NCBI GenBank assembly: GCA_018304425.1
Contig: JAGVWE010000003.1
Coordinates: forward strand, 138,413 to 202,412
Source of the DNA: Candidatus Iainarchaeum sp.
GTDB lineage: Archaea > Iainarchaeota > Iainarchaeia > Iainarchaeales > UBA10219
Direction: 5' to 3'
Length of the DNA: 64,000 nucleotides
The translations under genes were made by a program, and so were the position numbers. The stretch's first letter is position 1; the number at the start of each line of letters is the position of its first letter. The notes under the pieces were generated by a model that worked only from the letters and a program-made list of their open reading frames with translations, did no database searches and was not told the DNA's origin. This document shows positions 1 to 10,136 of the stretch, piece after piece.

Positions 1-660
1 GGCCCGGTAACCGCCCGAGAGCTTGCGGAAGTCATCGGACTTGAAGGAGTGGAAGCCTTCGGCGAACAAGGTGGAGTTCGAGAACACGCCGGCATCCAGG
101 TCCCTGATTCTTCCCACCAAATCGGTTTTCGCGTCCACGACCGTGCGGGGGATGCACTGGTCCTTCAAATCGCAGACCAGTTTTTCCACGCGCACCGGCA
201 CTTCCCGCACCAGTTGGCCGTCCTCGTCTACGACTTCGAGGAAGAGCTTTTTGGTTTCCACGGGCCTTGGGGCCGGCGGCTTTTCATCGCCGGGCGGCAC
301 GTAGTCCGGGCCCTCGACGGGTTTCTCAGCGCCCTTCTCGTGGCGGCACTCGACTTCCTCCGTCGTGGAGTCCAGGTAGAGCACCAGGGCCTTGGAGGCG
401 TTCTTGGCTTCCACACGGTAATAGTACTTGACGGGCATCTCCTTCTTGCACTCCGCGTCCAGCTCCTTTTTGACCGCGGAAACCGTGTCCTCGTCCCACA
501 AGGCGATGACTACTTCGGCGTCGGGAACCGAGTCAATGGCTTCCCGCACCACGGGAATGGCGCGCACCTTTTCCTCCAAGGAGGCCTTCCCGAAGTCCGG
601 CACGCAGCCAGCCAAAGCCACGAGGAAAGCCAGGGCAAGCAATAAAAGGGCTTTATTCAT
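1..660 (-). CDS. Lipoprotein of unknown function (partial, runs off the window start)
   Basis: Manual translation from ATG at 660: MNKALLLLALAFLVALAGC VPDFG (lipobox). Open to position 1. TATA-like tatataat at ~671-678. Confidence 0.8.
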   Translation of the reverse strand, partial: MNKALLLLALAFLVALAGCVPDFGKASLEEKVRAIPVVREAIDSVPDAEVVIALWDEDTVSAVKKELDAECKKEMPVKYYYRVEAKNASKALVLYLDSTTEEVECRHEKGAEKPVEGPDYVPPGDEKPPAPRPVETKKLFLEVVDEDGQLVREVPVRVEKLVCDLKDQCIPRTVVDAKTDLVGRIRDLDAGVFSNSTLFAEGFHSFKSDDFRKLSGGYRA

Positions 661-809
661 GGAATCCAAGTATATAATGCCTTTGGGGTTTAAATAGTTA
701 CGCCCCCCAGGCAGGCAAGAAAACGCATGGGCAAGCCTTTAAAACCTTGACGTTTCACAATTGGTATAGCGTTTTTTGCGCTGCAAAACGGATTTTTCGA
801 GGTGGGTTT

Positions 810-1238
810 ATGGCGGAAGACAAGAAACAAGTGCCCGTGGATGACGACGACGAGGGTTCCGACGAGGAACTGCCCTTTCCCCGCGCGACCATCGTCAACA
901 TGCTGCGACAGCACCTGGACTCCGGCAAGCAAATCAAGGGCCAGGTCAAGCGCGAGATGAACATCTGGCTGGGCAGCATGGTGGAACGCATCGCCCACAA
1001 GATGAACGCGCACCCCTACACCTACGTGGACGGCAGCATGTTCCGCGAGTCGATAGAGCCCTACGAGGCCATCCAAGAAATCGAGAAAGAAAAAGAACGC
1101 ATCATCAAGCAGCTGGAATCCGTCAAAGCGGCCTGCGACGTGCTCATCAGCGAAGTCGACCGGAAATTCGTGTTGAGAAGCGGTTTCGCCACCGAGTACC
1201 AGAAGGAAAAGGAAGCGGCCGCAAAGGGGAAGAAGTAA
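810..1238 (+). CDS. Histone-fold protein with acidic N-tail and C-terminal coiled coil
   Basis: EELPFPRATIVNMLR resembles histone-fold helix 1 (NF-YB/NC2-beta-like). SD GAGGTG lies 5 nt before ATG 810. Confidence 0.75.
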   Translation: MAEDKKQVPVDDDDEGSDEELPFPRATIVNMLRQHLDSGKQIKGQVKREMNIWLGSMVERIAHKMNAHPYTYVDGSMFRESIEPYEAIQEIEKEKERIIKQLESVKAACDVLISEVDRKFVLRSGFATEYQKEKEAAAKGKK

Positions 1239-1368
1239 AAACTTCCCTTTTCTTACCTATTTTTTAAGCCAGTCAATAGCTGCGCTTTGCAACCAGTTCG
1301 TAAAAGAAGATGTCCATGCAAAAGGCGCGTTGCCGCATGTAATGGTCAAACTCTTGCGCTGTTTGCCG

Positions 1369-1632
1369 TCAGGTTATCCTCAAGCCGGCAGCGTCATGCA
1401 GATTCCTGTGAAGCGAATCCAAGAACTGGCTCCGCAAGGCAGCGCGCCGCCAAGCTGAAATTTCGCCTCCCTGGTGGGCCAGAAAGTTCGCCTGGCGCTC
1501 CAATTCATACCAAGAGGAAGCAGGCCGGCCAAACACTTCCCGGATGCCCGCAGCCAGAGTGGCACGACGGGCTTTCCGTTCCCTGCGTACGGCCTTGAAC
1601 GAGGCCATTCGCTTCCTGAGGTTCAATCGCAT
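1369..1632 (-). CDS. Arg-rich orphan protein
   Basis: 87-aa ORF starting MRLNLRKRMASFKAVRRERKARR. AT-rich TATA-like element ~25 nt upstream. Confidence 0.55.
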   Translation of the reverse strand: MRLNLRKRMASFKAVRRERKARRATLAAGIREVFGRPASSWYELERQANFLAHQGGEISAWRRAALRSQFLDSLHRNLHDAAGLRIT

Positions 1633-1671
1633 GCATTACAATTGGGGCCCGAAAAATAAAAGGTTATATGT

Positions 1672-1929
1672 TCAGCCCCCGAAAACAATCCGCTCGATGT
1701 CGGCCTTCCGATGGACATTCAGCGAAACCTGCAGGCCGTAGTGGGCGGGTTTCGGCACGATTAAGCCCTCCTTAACGAGCTTGTCGAGTTCCTCCTCAAC
1801 GTCCTTTCGCTGGTCCTTTGGCAAGCCATGCGCAATCAGTTCATAGTCCAAGTGCTTGCCGCCCCATAGGTTCTTTCTAACCATTTTGTTGAGAATCCAC
1901 CAGCGAAGCTTCGAAGAAGGAAGTTTCAT
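1672..1929 (-). CDS. Small winged-helix-like hypothetical protein (DPANN type)
   Basis: 85 aa with WGGKH...LVKEGLIVPKP...QVSLN. Divergent TATA region at ~1950. Confidence 0.75.
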   Translation of the reverse strand: MKLPSSKLRWWILNKMVRKNLWGGKHLDYELIAHGLPKDQRKDVEEELDKLVKEGLIVPKPAHYGLQVSLNVHRKADIERIVFGG

Positions 1930-2022
1930 TTATTGATACATAAAGCGTTAAATATTTAAACTTTGCCAACATACAGCTAATTAGACAAACCGCAGGCGTT
2001 TGTCTACTTAAAGGTCGTTCGC

Positions 2023-2367
2023 ATGAAACAAATTCCCAATTCCCTGTTCGTCGAGTTCCTCGGAGATTACCCCCTTATTCGGGTGCTGGACTTCCTGATT
2101 GAGAATCGCATCTTCGACTACTCTAAGAAGGACATCTGCAAGTATGCTGACGTCTCTTGGAACACGCTGGAAGACTTCTGGGACGGCCTGGAAAAAAACG
2201 GCCTGGTGACCCACACCCGCAAGGTCGGCAAGGCCAACATGTACAAGCTAAACACGGCCAACCCCATGGCAAACCAACTCATCGAATTGGACAAAGCACT
2301 GATGAAGCAAGCCATGGATAAACTAGACGAGCACGAGAAAGTCAAGATTGTGGCGCGCAGCCACTGA
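2023..2367 (+). CDS. Winged helix-turn-helix protein
   Basis: FLGDYPLIRVLDFL...DYSKKDI...VSWNTL...TRKVGKANMYKLN is an HTH plus wing. Confidence 0.8.
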   Translation: MKQIPNSLFVEFLGDYPLIRVLDFLIENRIFDYSKKDICKYADVSWNTLEDFWDGLEKNGLVTHTRKVGKANMYKLNTANPMANQLIELDKALMKQAMDKLDEHEKVKIVARSH

Positions 2368-2373
2368 TTGGAT

Positions 2374-2493
2374 ATGAAACGAACGGAAGAAGACGAAGCG
2401 TGGGAACTCTTTGCCTGCCTATCCATGCGGCGCGCATGGGGCAAAACGGACCAGATTTGGGATAAAATCGCGGCAGAAGACTTAGCCAAGTAA
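2374..2493 (+). CDS. 39-aa peptide, possibly an antitoxin-like fragment
   Basis: Manual translation MKRTEEDEAWELFACLSMRRAWGKTDQIWDKIAAEDLAK*, starting 6 nt after the wHTH stop. Confidence 0.45.
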   Translation: MKRTEEDEAWELFACLSMRRAWGKTDQIWDKIAAEDLAK

Positions 2494-3045
2494 TTCCTCT
2501 ATTTTCCGCGCCACCATGCTCTCCGTGTTCCGGAACAGGAACGCCTCCACGGTGGAACCGTTGTGGCACTTGCGCACGTAGCTGGCTTTCTCGAAGTCGA
2601 GGATGCAGACCGTGTGGTCGGGGCGCACCAGGATGTTCCGCCCGCGCCCGGCGAGCTGACCATGGTCCACGCCGATTTTGTCGAGCTTTTGCGCCTGCTC
2701 CTGCAGGGAGGCGATGACTTTCTGCAGCAGGGCCTTGTCCGGCTTGCCTTCGAGGAACTTGTCGAAGGTCTGGCCCTCGACGAACTCCAGCAGCAGGCAG
2801 CGTTCCTCCTTGTCGAAGCCGATGAGCTTGGGGCCGATGCCGGCGCGGTTGGCCAGGGAGAGGCAGGCCGCCTCCTGTTCGACCATGAAGCGCCGCGTGG
2901 ACTTGTCCCGCTCGGCCTTGAGGGCAAAGGCCTTGCCCGCCTTGTCGTGGACGAGGTAGACCTGGCTGGAGTAACCCTTGGCCAGGGGCTTGCCCAGCAT
3001 AAGGTGACGGGCGGCGCAGAAGGCCTGGACGCGTTCCGAGTGCAT
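2482..3045 (-). CDS. Archaeal Ser/Thr protein kinase-like protein (COG2112 type)
   Basis: KGYSSQVY glycine loop, ALK lysine, HGQL...NILV, ILDFE motifs. Confidence 0.8.
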   Translation of the reverse strand: MHSERVQAFCAARHLMLGKPLAKGYSSQVYLVHDKAGKAFALKAERDKSTRRFMVEQEAACLSLANRAGIGPKLIGFDKEERCLLLEFVEGQTFDKFLEGKPDKALLQKVIASLQEQAQKLDKIGVDHGQLAGRGRNILVRPDHTVCILDFEKASYVRKCHNGSTVEAFLFRNTESMVARKIEELLG

Positions 3046-3069
3046 GCAGGGAATGAGGCGGAAAGGGCT

Positions 3070-4059
3070 TTAAGTCCCTTCCTTCAAGTAGGGCTCCAGC
3101 AGGCGTGCCCAAGCCATCGAAAGTTTATAGTATTCGTCCGGGCAACTCTCCGCACGCTCCGCAGGCAAAACCTCGTCATCTATCAGATTGGCGAAGCCCT
3201 CGGGGTTTCTGCCATACACCCAGCAGGCGATGTTGTAAAACCGCTGCTGGCCCAGGGCGTGCTCGTCCCAGAACGCCAGTTCCCCGGGCTCTTCAAGGGA
3301 AGACCACAGCATGAAGGCGGCGGCCGCATTCAAGGCAATGCCTGGCCCCGCTTCATCCCCTCTTTCAATCAGCAAAAAAGTCGCCAATTGGTCCACGCTG
3401 TCCTCTTCGCGTCCGGTGGCCGGCAAATCCAGCAAGTGGATGAGGGCATGGCCGGCTTCGTGATAGAATATAAACTCCGTGGCAAACAAAGTGGACTTCG
3501 TGGGGTCCTCTTCTTCGGCCGTGTTCTCGGCAAACAACGCTTGCAACTCGGAGACCAATTCATAGCATAAAACAAGGGTGGTTTCTTCCGGCAAATAAAA
3601 GGCGTTGGCTTCCCCGCAGTCCTGGAAAACCACCGGAACATCCCGGGGCAACGCCACAAAAGCATTCAAGCCGTCAACGATGCCCTCGAAATGCCTGGAC
3701 TCCTTCAAGTAAACCATCCACTCGTTGGCCGTGGGGTCGCTGGATTCCGCGTACCCTAGCTTGAAGTCGCCTTGGTCTTCAAACCGGGGAGGCTCCACGG
3801 CGGGGGTTTCAAGGGGCTTGGTTTCAACGGGTTCGACCGGAGTGGGCGGCGGGTTTGGAGTGGCTGGAACTCGAATCATTTTTCCCGCGGAATCGGGCCC
3901 GGCAACGGGTTCAGCAGCCTGGTCAAGGGCGTCCGCGGTTTTTTCCAGGGCCTGGGAGGCCTTCTGGAGGCCCTGGGCCGTGCAGCCGGCCAGCAAAATA
4001 AGCACGACCAAAAACAAGCCACCCCCTGGCAGGGGCATCCGCCTGAAAGACAAGAACAT
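3070..4059 (-). CDS. Lipoprotein metallopeptidase (DUF4344-like)
   Basis: LAGC lipobox, HEAGH zinc motif, GREEDSVDQLA, DEH..QQRFYNIACWVYG. Confidence 0.85.
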   Translation of the reverse strand: MFLSFRRMPLPGGGLFLVVLILLAGCTAQGLQKASQALEKTADALDQAAEPVAGPDSAGKMIRVPATPNPPPTPVEPVETKPLETPAVEPPRFEDQGDFKLGYAESSDPTANEWMVYLKESRHFEGIVDGLNAFVALPRDVPVVFQDCGEANAFYLPEETTLVLCYELVSELQALFAENTAEEEDPTKSTLFATEFIFYHEAGHALIHLLDLPATGREEDSVDQLATFLLIERGDEAGPGIALNAAAAFMLWSSLEEPGELAFWDEHALGQQRFYNIACWVYGRNPEGFANLIDDEVLPAERAESCPDEYYKLSMAWARLLEPYLKEGT

Positions 4060-4222
4060 CCAAGAAGTAAGGCAATTGGGCTATATAAGCCTGTCTGGCC
4101 CCATTAACACGCATATCCATCAAAAAACGCGTTAGCTTTAAAAACCTTCATATCCATCAATAATTTACGATTCCAATTAACCCTGATTAGGGCATTTTTG
4201 CCACTGAATGGAGGTCGATTTC

Positions 4223-5878
4223 ATGGCGGAAGCAGGACAACAACCAGTCATTTTCCTCTCTGAGGGAACCAAGCGCACCCGGGGAAGGGACGCGCAGCGC
4301 ATCAACATCATGGTCGCCAAGGCGGTGGCCAACGCGGTCCGGTCAACATTAGGGCCGAAAGGCATGGACAAAATGATTGTCGACGAGTTGGGGGACATCA
4401 CGATTTCCAACGACGGCGCCACCATCTTGAAGGAGATGAGCATCGACCACCCCGCGGGGAAGATGATGGTCGAAGTCGCCAAGACCCAGGATGACGAGGT
4501 CGGCGACGGCACCACGACCGCAGTAGTCTTCGGCGGCACGCTCCTGAGCAAGGCCGAAAGCCTGCTCGACGACGAGATTCATCCCTCCATCATCGTGAAG
4601 GGCTACCGGCTCGCGGCCGAGAAGGCCCGGGAGTTTTACACGCAAATCGCGGACGTAATCAAGTTCGATGACGTCAAAACGCTGAAGGAAATCGCCATCA
4701 CTTCGATGACCGGCAAGGCCTCCGAGGGCGCGGAAGAACTCGCGAACCTGGTCGTGCAGGCCGTGCGGCAGGTCGCCGAAAAGGAAGGCGACAAGATGGT
4801 CATCGACCGGGACAACATCAAGCTCGAAAAGAAGGTCGGCGCCAGCCTGCACGAGAGCCAACTGGTCAAGGGCATCATCGTGGACAAGGAAATCGTGCAC
4901 TCGGGCATGCCCAAGAAAGTCCAGAACGCGAAAATCGCGTTGGTGGACTCCGCGCTCGAAATCAAGAGCACGGAAGTCGACGCCAAGATACAGATTTCGG
5001 ACCCCGACCAGTTGCAGGCGTTCCTCGACCAAGAGGAGAAGATGCTGAAGAACATGGTCGACAAGATTGTGGCTTCCGGAGCCAACGTCGTGTTCTGCCA
5101 GAAAGGCATTGACGACATGGCCCAGCACTTCCTCGCGAAAGCCGGCATCTCGGCCATCCGCAGGGTGAAGGCCAGCGACATGACGGCCTTGGCCAAGGCC
5201 ACGGACGCCAAGGTCGCCACCCGGCTCAGCGACCTGGGCAAGGACGACCTAGGCTACGCGCAAAGCGTCACCGCCAAGAAAGTCGCGGGCGATGACATGG
5301 TCTTTGTCGAGGGCTGCAAGAACCCGAAAGCCGTTTCCCTGCTGGTCAGGGGCGGTAGCGAGCACGTCGTAGACGAAGCCGAAAGGGCCGTGAACGACGC
5401 CATCGGGGCAACGATGTCCGCCATCAAGACCGAGAGGGTGCTGGCCGGCGGCGGTTCCTCGGACGTCGAGGTCGCGAACAAGCTCCGCGACTACGCCAAG
5501 ACGGTTGGAGGCAGGGAACAGCTGGCCATCGAGGCCTTTGCCGACACCCTGGAAATCATCCCCCGCACCCTGGCCGAAACCGCGGGCATGGACCCGTTGG
5601 ACACCATTGTCGCGTTGCGCAGCAGGCACTCGACCAAGGAAGGCAAGTACATTGGAGTGGACGTCTACAAGGGCAAGCTCTCGAACATGAAGGACTTGCA
5701 CGTCATCGAGCCCCTGGCCTTGAAGACGCAGGCCATTTCCTCGGCCAGTGAGGTCGCGGAAATGCTGTTGCGCATCGACGACATCATCGCCGGCAGCAGC
5801 AAGGGCCCACCCGGCGGAATGCCCGGCGGCCACGGCCACGGCGGCATGCCCGGCATGGGCGACATGGGCGAGATGTAA
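4223..5878 (+). CDS. ths: Thermosome (group II chaperonin) subunit
   Basis: [17 protein letters not shown] motifs, GGM-rich tail. SD GGAGGT before ATG 4223. Confidence 0.98.
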   Translation: MAEAGQQPVIFLSEGTKRTRGRDAQRINIMVAKAVANAVRSTLGPKGMDKMIVDELGDITISNDGATILKEMSIDHPAGKMMVEVAKTQDDEVGDGTTTAVVFGGTLLSKAESLLDDEIHPSIIVKGYRLAAEKAREFYTQIADVIKFDDVKTLKEIAITSMTGKASEGAEELANLVVQAVRQVAEKEGDKMVIDRDNIKLEKKVGASLHESQLVKGIIVDKEIVHSGMPKKVQNAKIALVDSALEIKSTEVDAKIQISDPDQLQAFLDQEEKMLKNMVDKIVASGANVVFCQKGIDDMAQHFLAKAGISAIRRVKASDMTALAKATDAKVATRLSDLGKDDLGYAQSVTAKKVAGDDMVFVEGCKNPKAVSLLVRGGSEHVVDEAERAVNDAIGATMSAIKTERVLAGGGSSDVEVANKLRDYAKTVGGREQLAIEAFADTLEIIPRTLAETAGMDPLDTIVALRSRHSTKEGKYIGVDVYKGKLSNMKDLHVIEPLALKTQAISSASEVAEMLLRIDDIIAGSSKGPPGGMPGGHGHGGMPGMGDMGEM

Positions 5879-5892
5879 CCCGCCCACCCCCC

Positions 5893-5915
5893 TATTTCTT
5901 TTTTTCTTTTATTTC
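5893..5915 (+). terminator. Oligo-T archaeal terminator
   Basis: T-rich tract directly after the thermosome stop. Confidence 0.6.
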
Positions 5916-5919
5916 CCGG

Positions 5920-7188
5920 TCACTCGTACCGGAGCGCGTCCACGGGATGCAAGCTCGCAGCCTGCCGGGCCGGCACCGCGCCGGCAACCACGCCGACCAC
6001 GGTGGAAAAAGCGATGGCGGCCAGCACCAGCAAGGGATTAACGACCGTGGTAATGCCTCCGCTGCTCCCCGGTCCCGGCAGGAGGCCCACGCCCAGCAAC
6101 GGCAGGGACAAGGCGATGAGGCTGCCGAGGACCGCGCCAATCACGCCGCCCACGAAACCGAACAACGCGGTCTCGATGAGGAACAACCGCAGGATTTCCT
6201 CGTTGCTGGAACCAAGTGCCTTCAGGATGCCGATTTCCTTGGTCTTCTCCAGCACCGAAGTGAACATGCTGTTCGCAATGCCAATCGAACCCACGACCAA
6301 TGAAACCGCGGCGATGGCCAGCAAGAACAAGACCAGGGTGCCGGTGACATCCGTTACCCGTTGCCGGATGGCCTCCGTGGAACTCACCGTGAAGTCCTTG
6401 TCGCGTTCCGTGACATGACGCGAAACCATGAGGCGCTGCTCAACGGCCTTCGCAGCCTCGGCCGAGTCGCTTCCCGCCACGAGCTTGACCTGGATGCCCG
6501 TGAACTCGTCTTCCGCAATGCCTTCCAGGAGGGCCTGGGCGGTCTCGTTCACCATGAAGGCCATCGAGTCATCCGAGCCGTTCAAGGACTCGCGGAGGAT
6601 GCCGACCACGCGGAAGGACCGCTTGTTCAGCACCAACAGGTTGCCGACCGCGAGCTTCTTCTTGAAGACCTCGTTGGCAATCCGCCACCCCACCACGACG
6701 CCATCCCGGTCGGCGGGCGTGAGATAGCGGCCCGAAGCCACTTCCGTGGTGTTGATGAGGCGCCAGGTCACCGGGTTGATGCCTTGCACGGACACCGTGG
6801 ATTCCTCGGCCAGGAACGACGCGGTCGCATTGCCCCGCACCACTTCATTGATGAACGCGACCTGGGGAATGGCTTTGAGGGCCAGCACGTCGCGGTCCGT
6901 GAGCGGCTCACTGGACGAAGCCGCAACCCCTCCGCCCCCGGGGATGCCGCCGCCGCGGAACTCGCCGAAGGTGCGGCTGGCCCGCGAAAAGCCGGGGCTG
7001 ACGTTGATGATGTCGGCTCCCAGGCCGCTCAGGCGCTGGTTGACGCTGGCCTGGGCTCCCTCCCCAATGGAGATGATGGCCACCACGGCAGCAACCCCAA
7101 TGATGATGCCGAGGAGGGTGAGCCACGAACGCAGCCTCCGGTGGAGGAGACTGTTCACAGCCAGGTTCACGGAGTCTTGGAACTTCAT
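5920..7188 (-). CDS. ABC transporter permease, MacB/FtsX family
   Basis: RSWLTLLGIIIGVAAVVAI and SVLEKTKEIGILKALG...A..L.PVDALRYE. Confidence 0.95.
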   Translation of the reverse strand: MKFQDSVNLAVNSLLHRRLRSWLTLLGIIIGVAAVVAIISIGEGAQASVNQRLSGLGADIINVSPGFSRASRTFGEFRGGGIPGGGGVAASSSEPLTDRDVLALKAIPQVAFINEVVRGNATASFLAEESTVSVQGINPVTWRLINTTEVASGRYLTPADRDGVVVGWRIANEVFKKKLAVGNLLVLNKRSFRVVGILRESLNGSDDSMAFMVNETAQALLEGIAEDEFTGIQVKLVAGSDSAEAAKAVEQRLMVSRHVTERDKDFTVSSTEAIRQRVTDVTGTLVLFLLAIAAVSLVVGSIGIANSMFTSVLEKTKEIGILKALGSSNEEILRLFLIETALFGFVGGVIGAVLGSLIALSLPLLGVGLLPGPGSSGGITTVVNPLLVLAAIAFSTVVGVVAGAVPARQAASLHPVDALRYE

Positions 7189-7192
7189 GCCC

Positions 7193-8442
7193 TCACTTGC
7201 CTGCTCTCTTGCGCTTTTTCAGGTAGAGGTAGTAGGCACCGCCCACCCCGACGAGTACGACCAGTGCAGGCAGCCAGGGAAAGCCGCCCTGCCTGGCCTG
7301 GCCCATGGCCTGCCCGCCTTCCGTGGAGGGCTGCCACAGGCTCTGGGGCAGGAAGTGCACGGTTTTCTTGACGGTCTGCCGTTCCCCCGTGGTATCGGTG
7401 TAGGTTATCTCGACCTGGAGGTCGGCAAACTTGGATTCCCCTGCCGGAGGCAAGGCATTGGTTTGCAGGAAGCCGCCCTGCCGGGCCTGCCTACGCGCTT
7501 CCGCTGTCCCACTGGTCGGCTCGATGCGAAAAGAGGCAATCGTGAAGTCGCCGCGGTTGAGGTTGCCGAGCACGGCCGTGTCAAAGCCCTGCGTCGAAAA
7601 ATGGGCCTGCTCGGGGATGCGCACCACGATGCCTTCCGCGTTGTTGGAGCCGATGTTCGCAATCGACAGGGAGACCTGGTTGTTGCCGGTTTCCTGGAGG
7701 CTCACGTCGAAGTCCGTCGTTCCCCCGACCACGAACCCGATTTTGGAAGTAAGCGTGTTGGTGGAAGCCGATTCGTCATTGTACGTGATGTTCGTGTCGA
7801 AGGCGTTCACGCCCGGCGTGATGTTGGGGTCAACGGCCACCAGGAACGTGACCTCGGCCTGCTTGCCTGCTCCCAGGGAGGCGACAGGTTGATGTTGGAC
7901 AAGACGTTGTTGCTGGTGTTGGACAAGGTGAACTTCACGTCCACCTTCCGACCCGGCAGCAAAACCACGGGCTCGACCTTCAATTCCAGGTTTTTCCGCG
8001 CCTTGTTGACGGGGATGGTGATGGTCTTGATGTCTTCCACTACTTCCTTTTCCACGTTTTCCGCGACGACGTTCATGCTCTTGTAGTTGATGCGGATGTT
8101 CAGGCTGTAAACGCCGGGCAAGGCGTCTTCCCTGATGCGGAACTTGAACAGGACGGTCTGCGTGATGTTGGGCCGGATGTTGTCCAGGCTGCTTTCCACG
8201 TCCAGGCCCTCGAACTCGGCCGGCAGCACCAGCTCGGCCTTGAGGTCCTTGGCCATGTTGACCATACCCTTGTTGTGGAGTTGCACGGACAAGCTGACCG
8301 TGTCCCCCACGTACACCTCGACCGGCAGGATGGAATAGTCGTCCTGGATGTTGATGACTTTGGCCGCCTCGATGTAGGCCGCATGGGCCGGCAGCGCCAG
8401 CCACGCCAGGGCCAATAAACCGATTACTGTTTTCATCTGCAT
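7193..8442 (-). pseudogene. COG1361-type S-layer-domain protein, frameshifted at ~7885
   Basis: The N-half (signal peptide MQMKTVIGLL, ORF 7807-8466) and C-half (VASLGAGKQAEVTF to C-terminal TM anchor, ORF ending 7193) are in different frames. It lies between the ABC ATPase and permease, the usual context for this family. Confidence 0.8.
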
Positions 8443-8462
8443 GTCCGTTCCTCCTTTGAGCG

Positions 8463-9134
8463 TCAAACAATCCGTCCATCCCTCACGTGCACTACGCGTT
8501 CCGCGTAGTCCGCGATGTCGGGTTCGTGCGTGATGACCACAATGGTGCGGCCCTGCTTCTCGTGCAAGCCGACCAAGAAATCCATGATTTCGTCCTTGGT
8601 CGCGGAGTCCACGTTGCCGGTGGGTTCGTCCGCGAGGATGAGCGGTGGGCCAGTTGACAGGGCGCGCGCGATGGCCACGCGTTGGCGTTCCCCTCCGGAG
8701 AGCTGGGCCGGGAAATGAGTCAACCGGTGCCCAAGGCCCACCAGCTTCAAGAGCTTCCGGGCGCGTTCCCCCATTTCCTGTTCGCCGAAGTCATGGATGC
8801 GGAGGGGCAGCAACACGTTTTCGAGGACGTTGAGGGTGGGGTATAAGTTGAACATCTGGAAGATGAAGCCGATTTTGCGGCCCCGGATACGGGCCAACTC
8901 GCTTTCGCGGAGGCTGGAAACCGGTTGCCCATCCAGCCAGACCTCGCCCCGCGTGGGAACGTCCAGGCAACCGATGAGGTTCAACAGGGTGGACTTGCCC
9001 GAGCCGCTGGGCCCCATGACGGCCACGAACTCCCCTGGCTTGACTGCAAGGTTGACGCCCCGCACGGCCTGGACTTCGACTTCCTCCATTTGATAGGTCT
9101 TCCAGACGTTTCGCAATTCGATGACCGGCCGCAT
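8463..9134 (-). CDS. ABC transporter ATP-binding protein (LolD/MacB-like)
   Basis: [27 protein letters not shown] motifs. Confidence 0.97.
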   Translation of the reverse strand: MRPVIELRNVWKTYQMEEVEVQAVRGVNLAVKPGEFVAVMGPSGSGKSTLLNLIGCLDVPTRGEVWLDGQPVSSLRESELARIRGRKIGFIFQMFNLYPTLNVLENVLLPLRIHDFGEQEMGERARKLLKLVGLGHRLTHFPAQLSGGERQRVAIARALSTGPPLILADEPTGNVDSATKDEIMDFLVGLHEKQGRTIVVITHEPDIADYAERVVHVRDGRIV

Positions 9135-9210
9135 GGTTTAAATGTAGGACGCAACCCTTAATATACGTTGAGTGAAACCAGTTGAAACGGGAAACGAGGT
9201 GAAACGACTG

Positions 9211-9726
9211 ATGTCGACGGCGAAAAGGCACTCGTATGTCATGGTATTGGCCTTCTTGTATGCCGGCTTCTCCCTGGTTTTAACACTGCTGGTGGTGTAC
9301 CACCTCTTCTGGCGCCCGGAGGGCGGCGGCTTTGGCTTCCTGCCCCCGGGTGGCCGCGGTCACTCTCCCCTGTCTCCCTGGGCCTTAATCACTTCCGCGC
9401 CCTTCGTGGTGCTCTTGGCCGGCGGCCTCATCTCCCTATTCGCCGGCTACTCGATTTGGCAGTTGACGCGCAAAAAAGAGGTCCACGCGGCCCGGCACGG
9501 CGTCATGAACGCGTTACTGTTGCCCAATGAAGCCCGCCTCATCGGGTTGTTGAAGGCCTCCGAGAACGGCTTGACGCAGTCCAGGCTAGTGGTGGAGTCC
9601 GGCCTCTCCAAGGTGCAAGTGCACCGCATCGTCAAGAAACTGGAATCCCAGGACATCCTCTCCAAGCACAAGTACGGCTTGACCAACAAGCTCGTGCTCG
9701 CCAAGGACTACGCGGAACCAGCGTGA
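9211..9726 (+). CDS. Membrane-anchored HTH transcriptional regulator
   Basis: Two TM helices, then LTQSRLVVESGLSKVQVHRIVKKLE wHTH. Divergent from the ABC operon. Confidence 0.8.
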   Translation: MSTAKRHSYVMVLAFLYAGFSLVLTLLVVYHLFWRPEGGGFGFLPPGGRGHSPLSPWALITSAPFVVLLAGGLISLFAGYSIWQLTRKKEVHAARHGVMNALLLPNEARLIGLLKASENGLTQSRLVVESGLSKVQVHRIVKKLESQDILSKHKYGLTNKLVLAKDYAEPA

Positions 9727-9739
9727 CGTCCGGCTTCGC

Positions 9740-10135
9740 TCAGGCCTTCGCCTTCTCTCCAAAGCACATTTCCGTTTTCGACTCGGTGCCTGGGACGCTG
9801 AAGACCACGCAGCCGTTGCCGACCGCTTTTTCGTTGCCCCTAAAGTGCTCCAGCGCGGTCTCGTCCAGGTAAAAGTCGGCCGTGACAGTCGAGTCCTTGG
9901 CTATGAGGTGGCAGAGCTTCCCTGCGCCCTCCAACCGGTCGCTGGAATAGTCCTCCAAGCCCACGATGGAAGGCATGTAATACTTCATGCCAATTTGGTC
10001 ACCGGGTTGGCACCATTGGCCGCCAAGGCTTCCGCCCTTCAAGCCCTTCATGGTTTGGGTGATGTCCTTGGACGAACAGCCGGCAAGCAGCAAAAGCAGG
10101 AGCAACAAACCCATTGCAAGCCAAGCGCGTTTCAC
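9740..10135 (-). CDS. Small lipoprotein
   Basis: GTG start 5 nt after SD AGGTGA. LLLLAGC lipobox. Confidence 0.75.
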   Translation of the reverse strand: MKRAWLAMGLLLLLLLLAGCSSKDITQTMKGLKGGSLGGQWCQPGDQIGMKYYMPSIVGLEDYSSDRLEGAGKLCHLIAKDSTVTADFYLDETALEHFRGNEKAVGNGCVVFSVPGTESKTEMCFGEKAKA

Positions 10136-10136
10136 G

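Noticed and set aside
6361-8086. Long antisense ORFs (also 2563-3570, 9987-11417, 18473-19987, 36916-37998)
   Set aside because: Shadow frames of GC-rich genes on the opposite strand, with no recognisable motifs.
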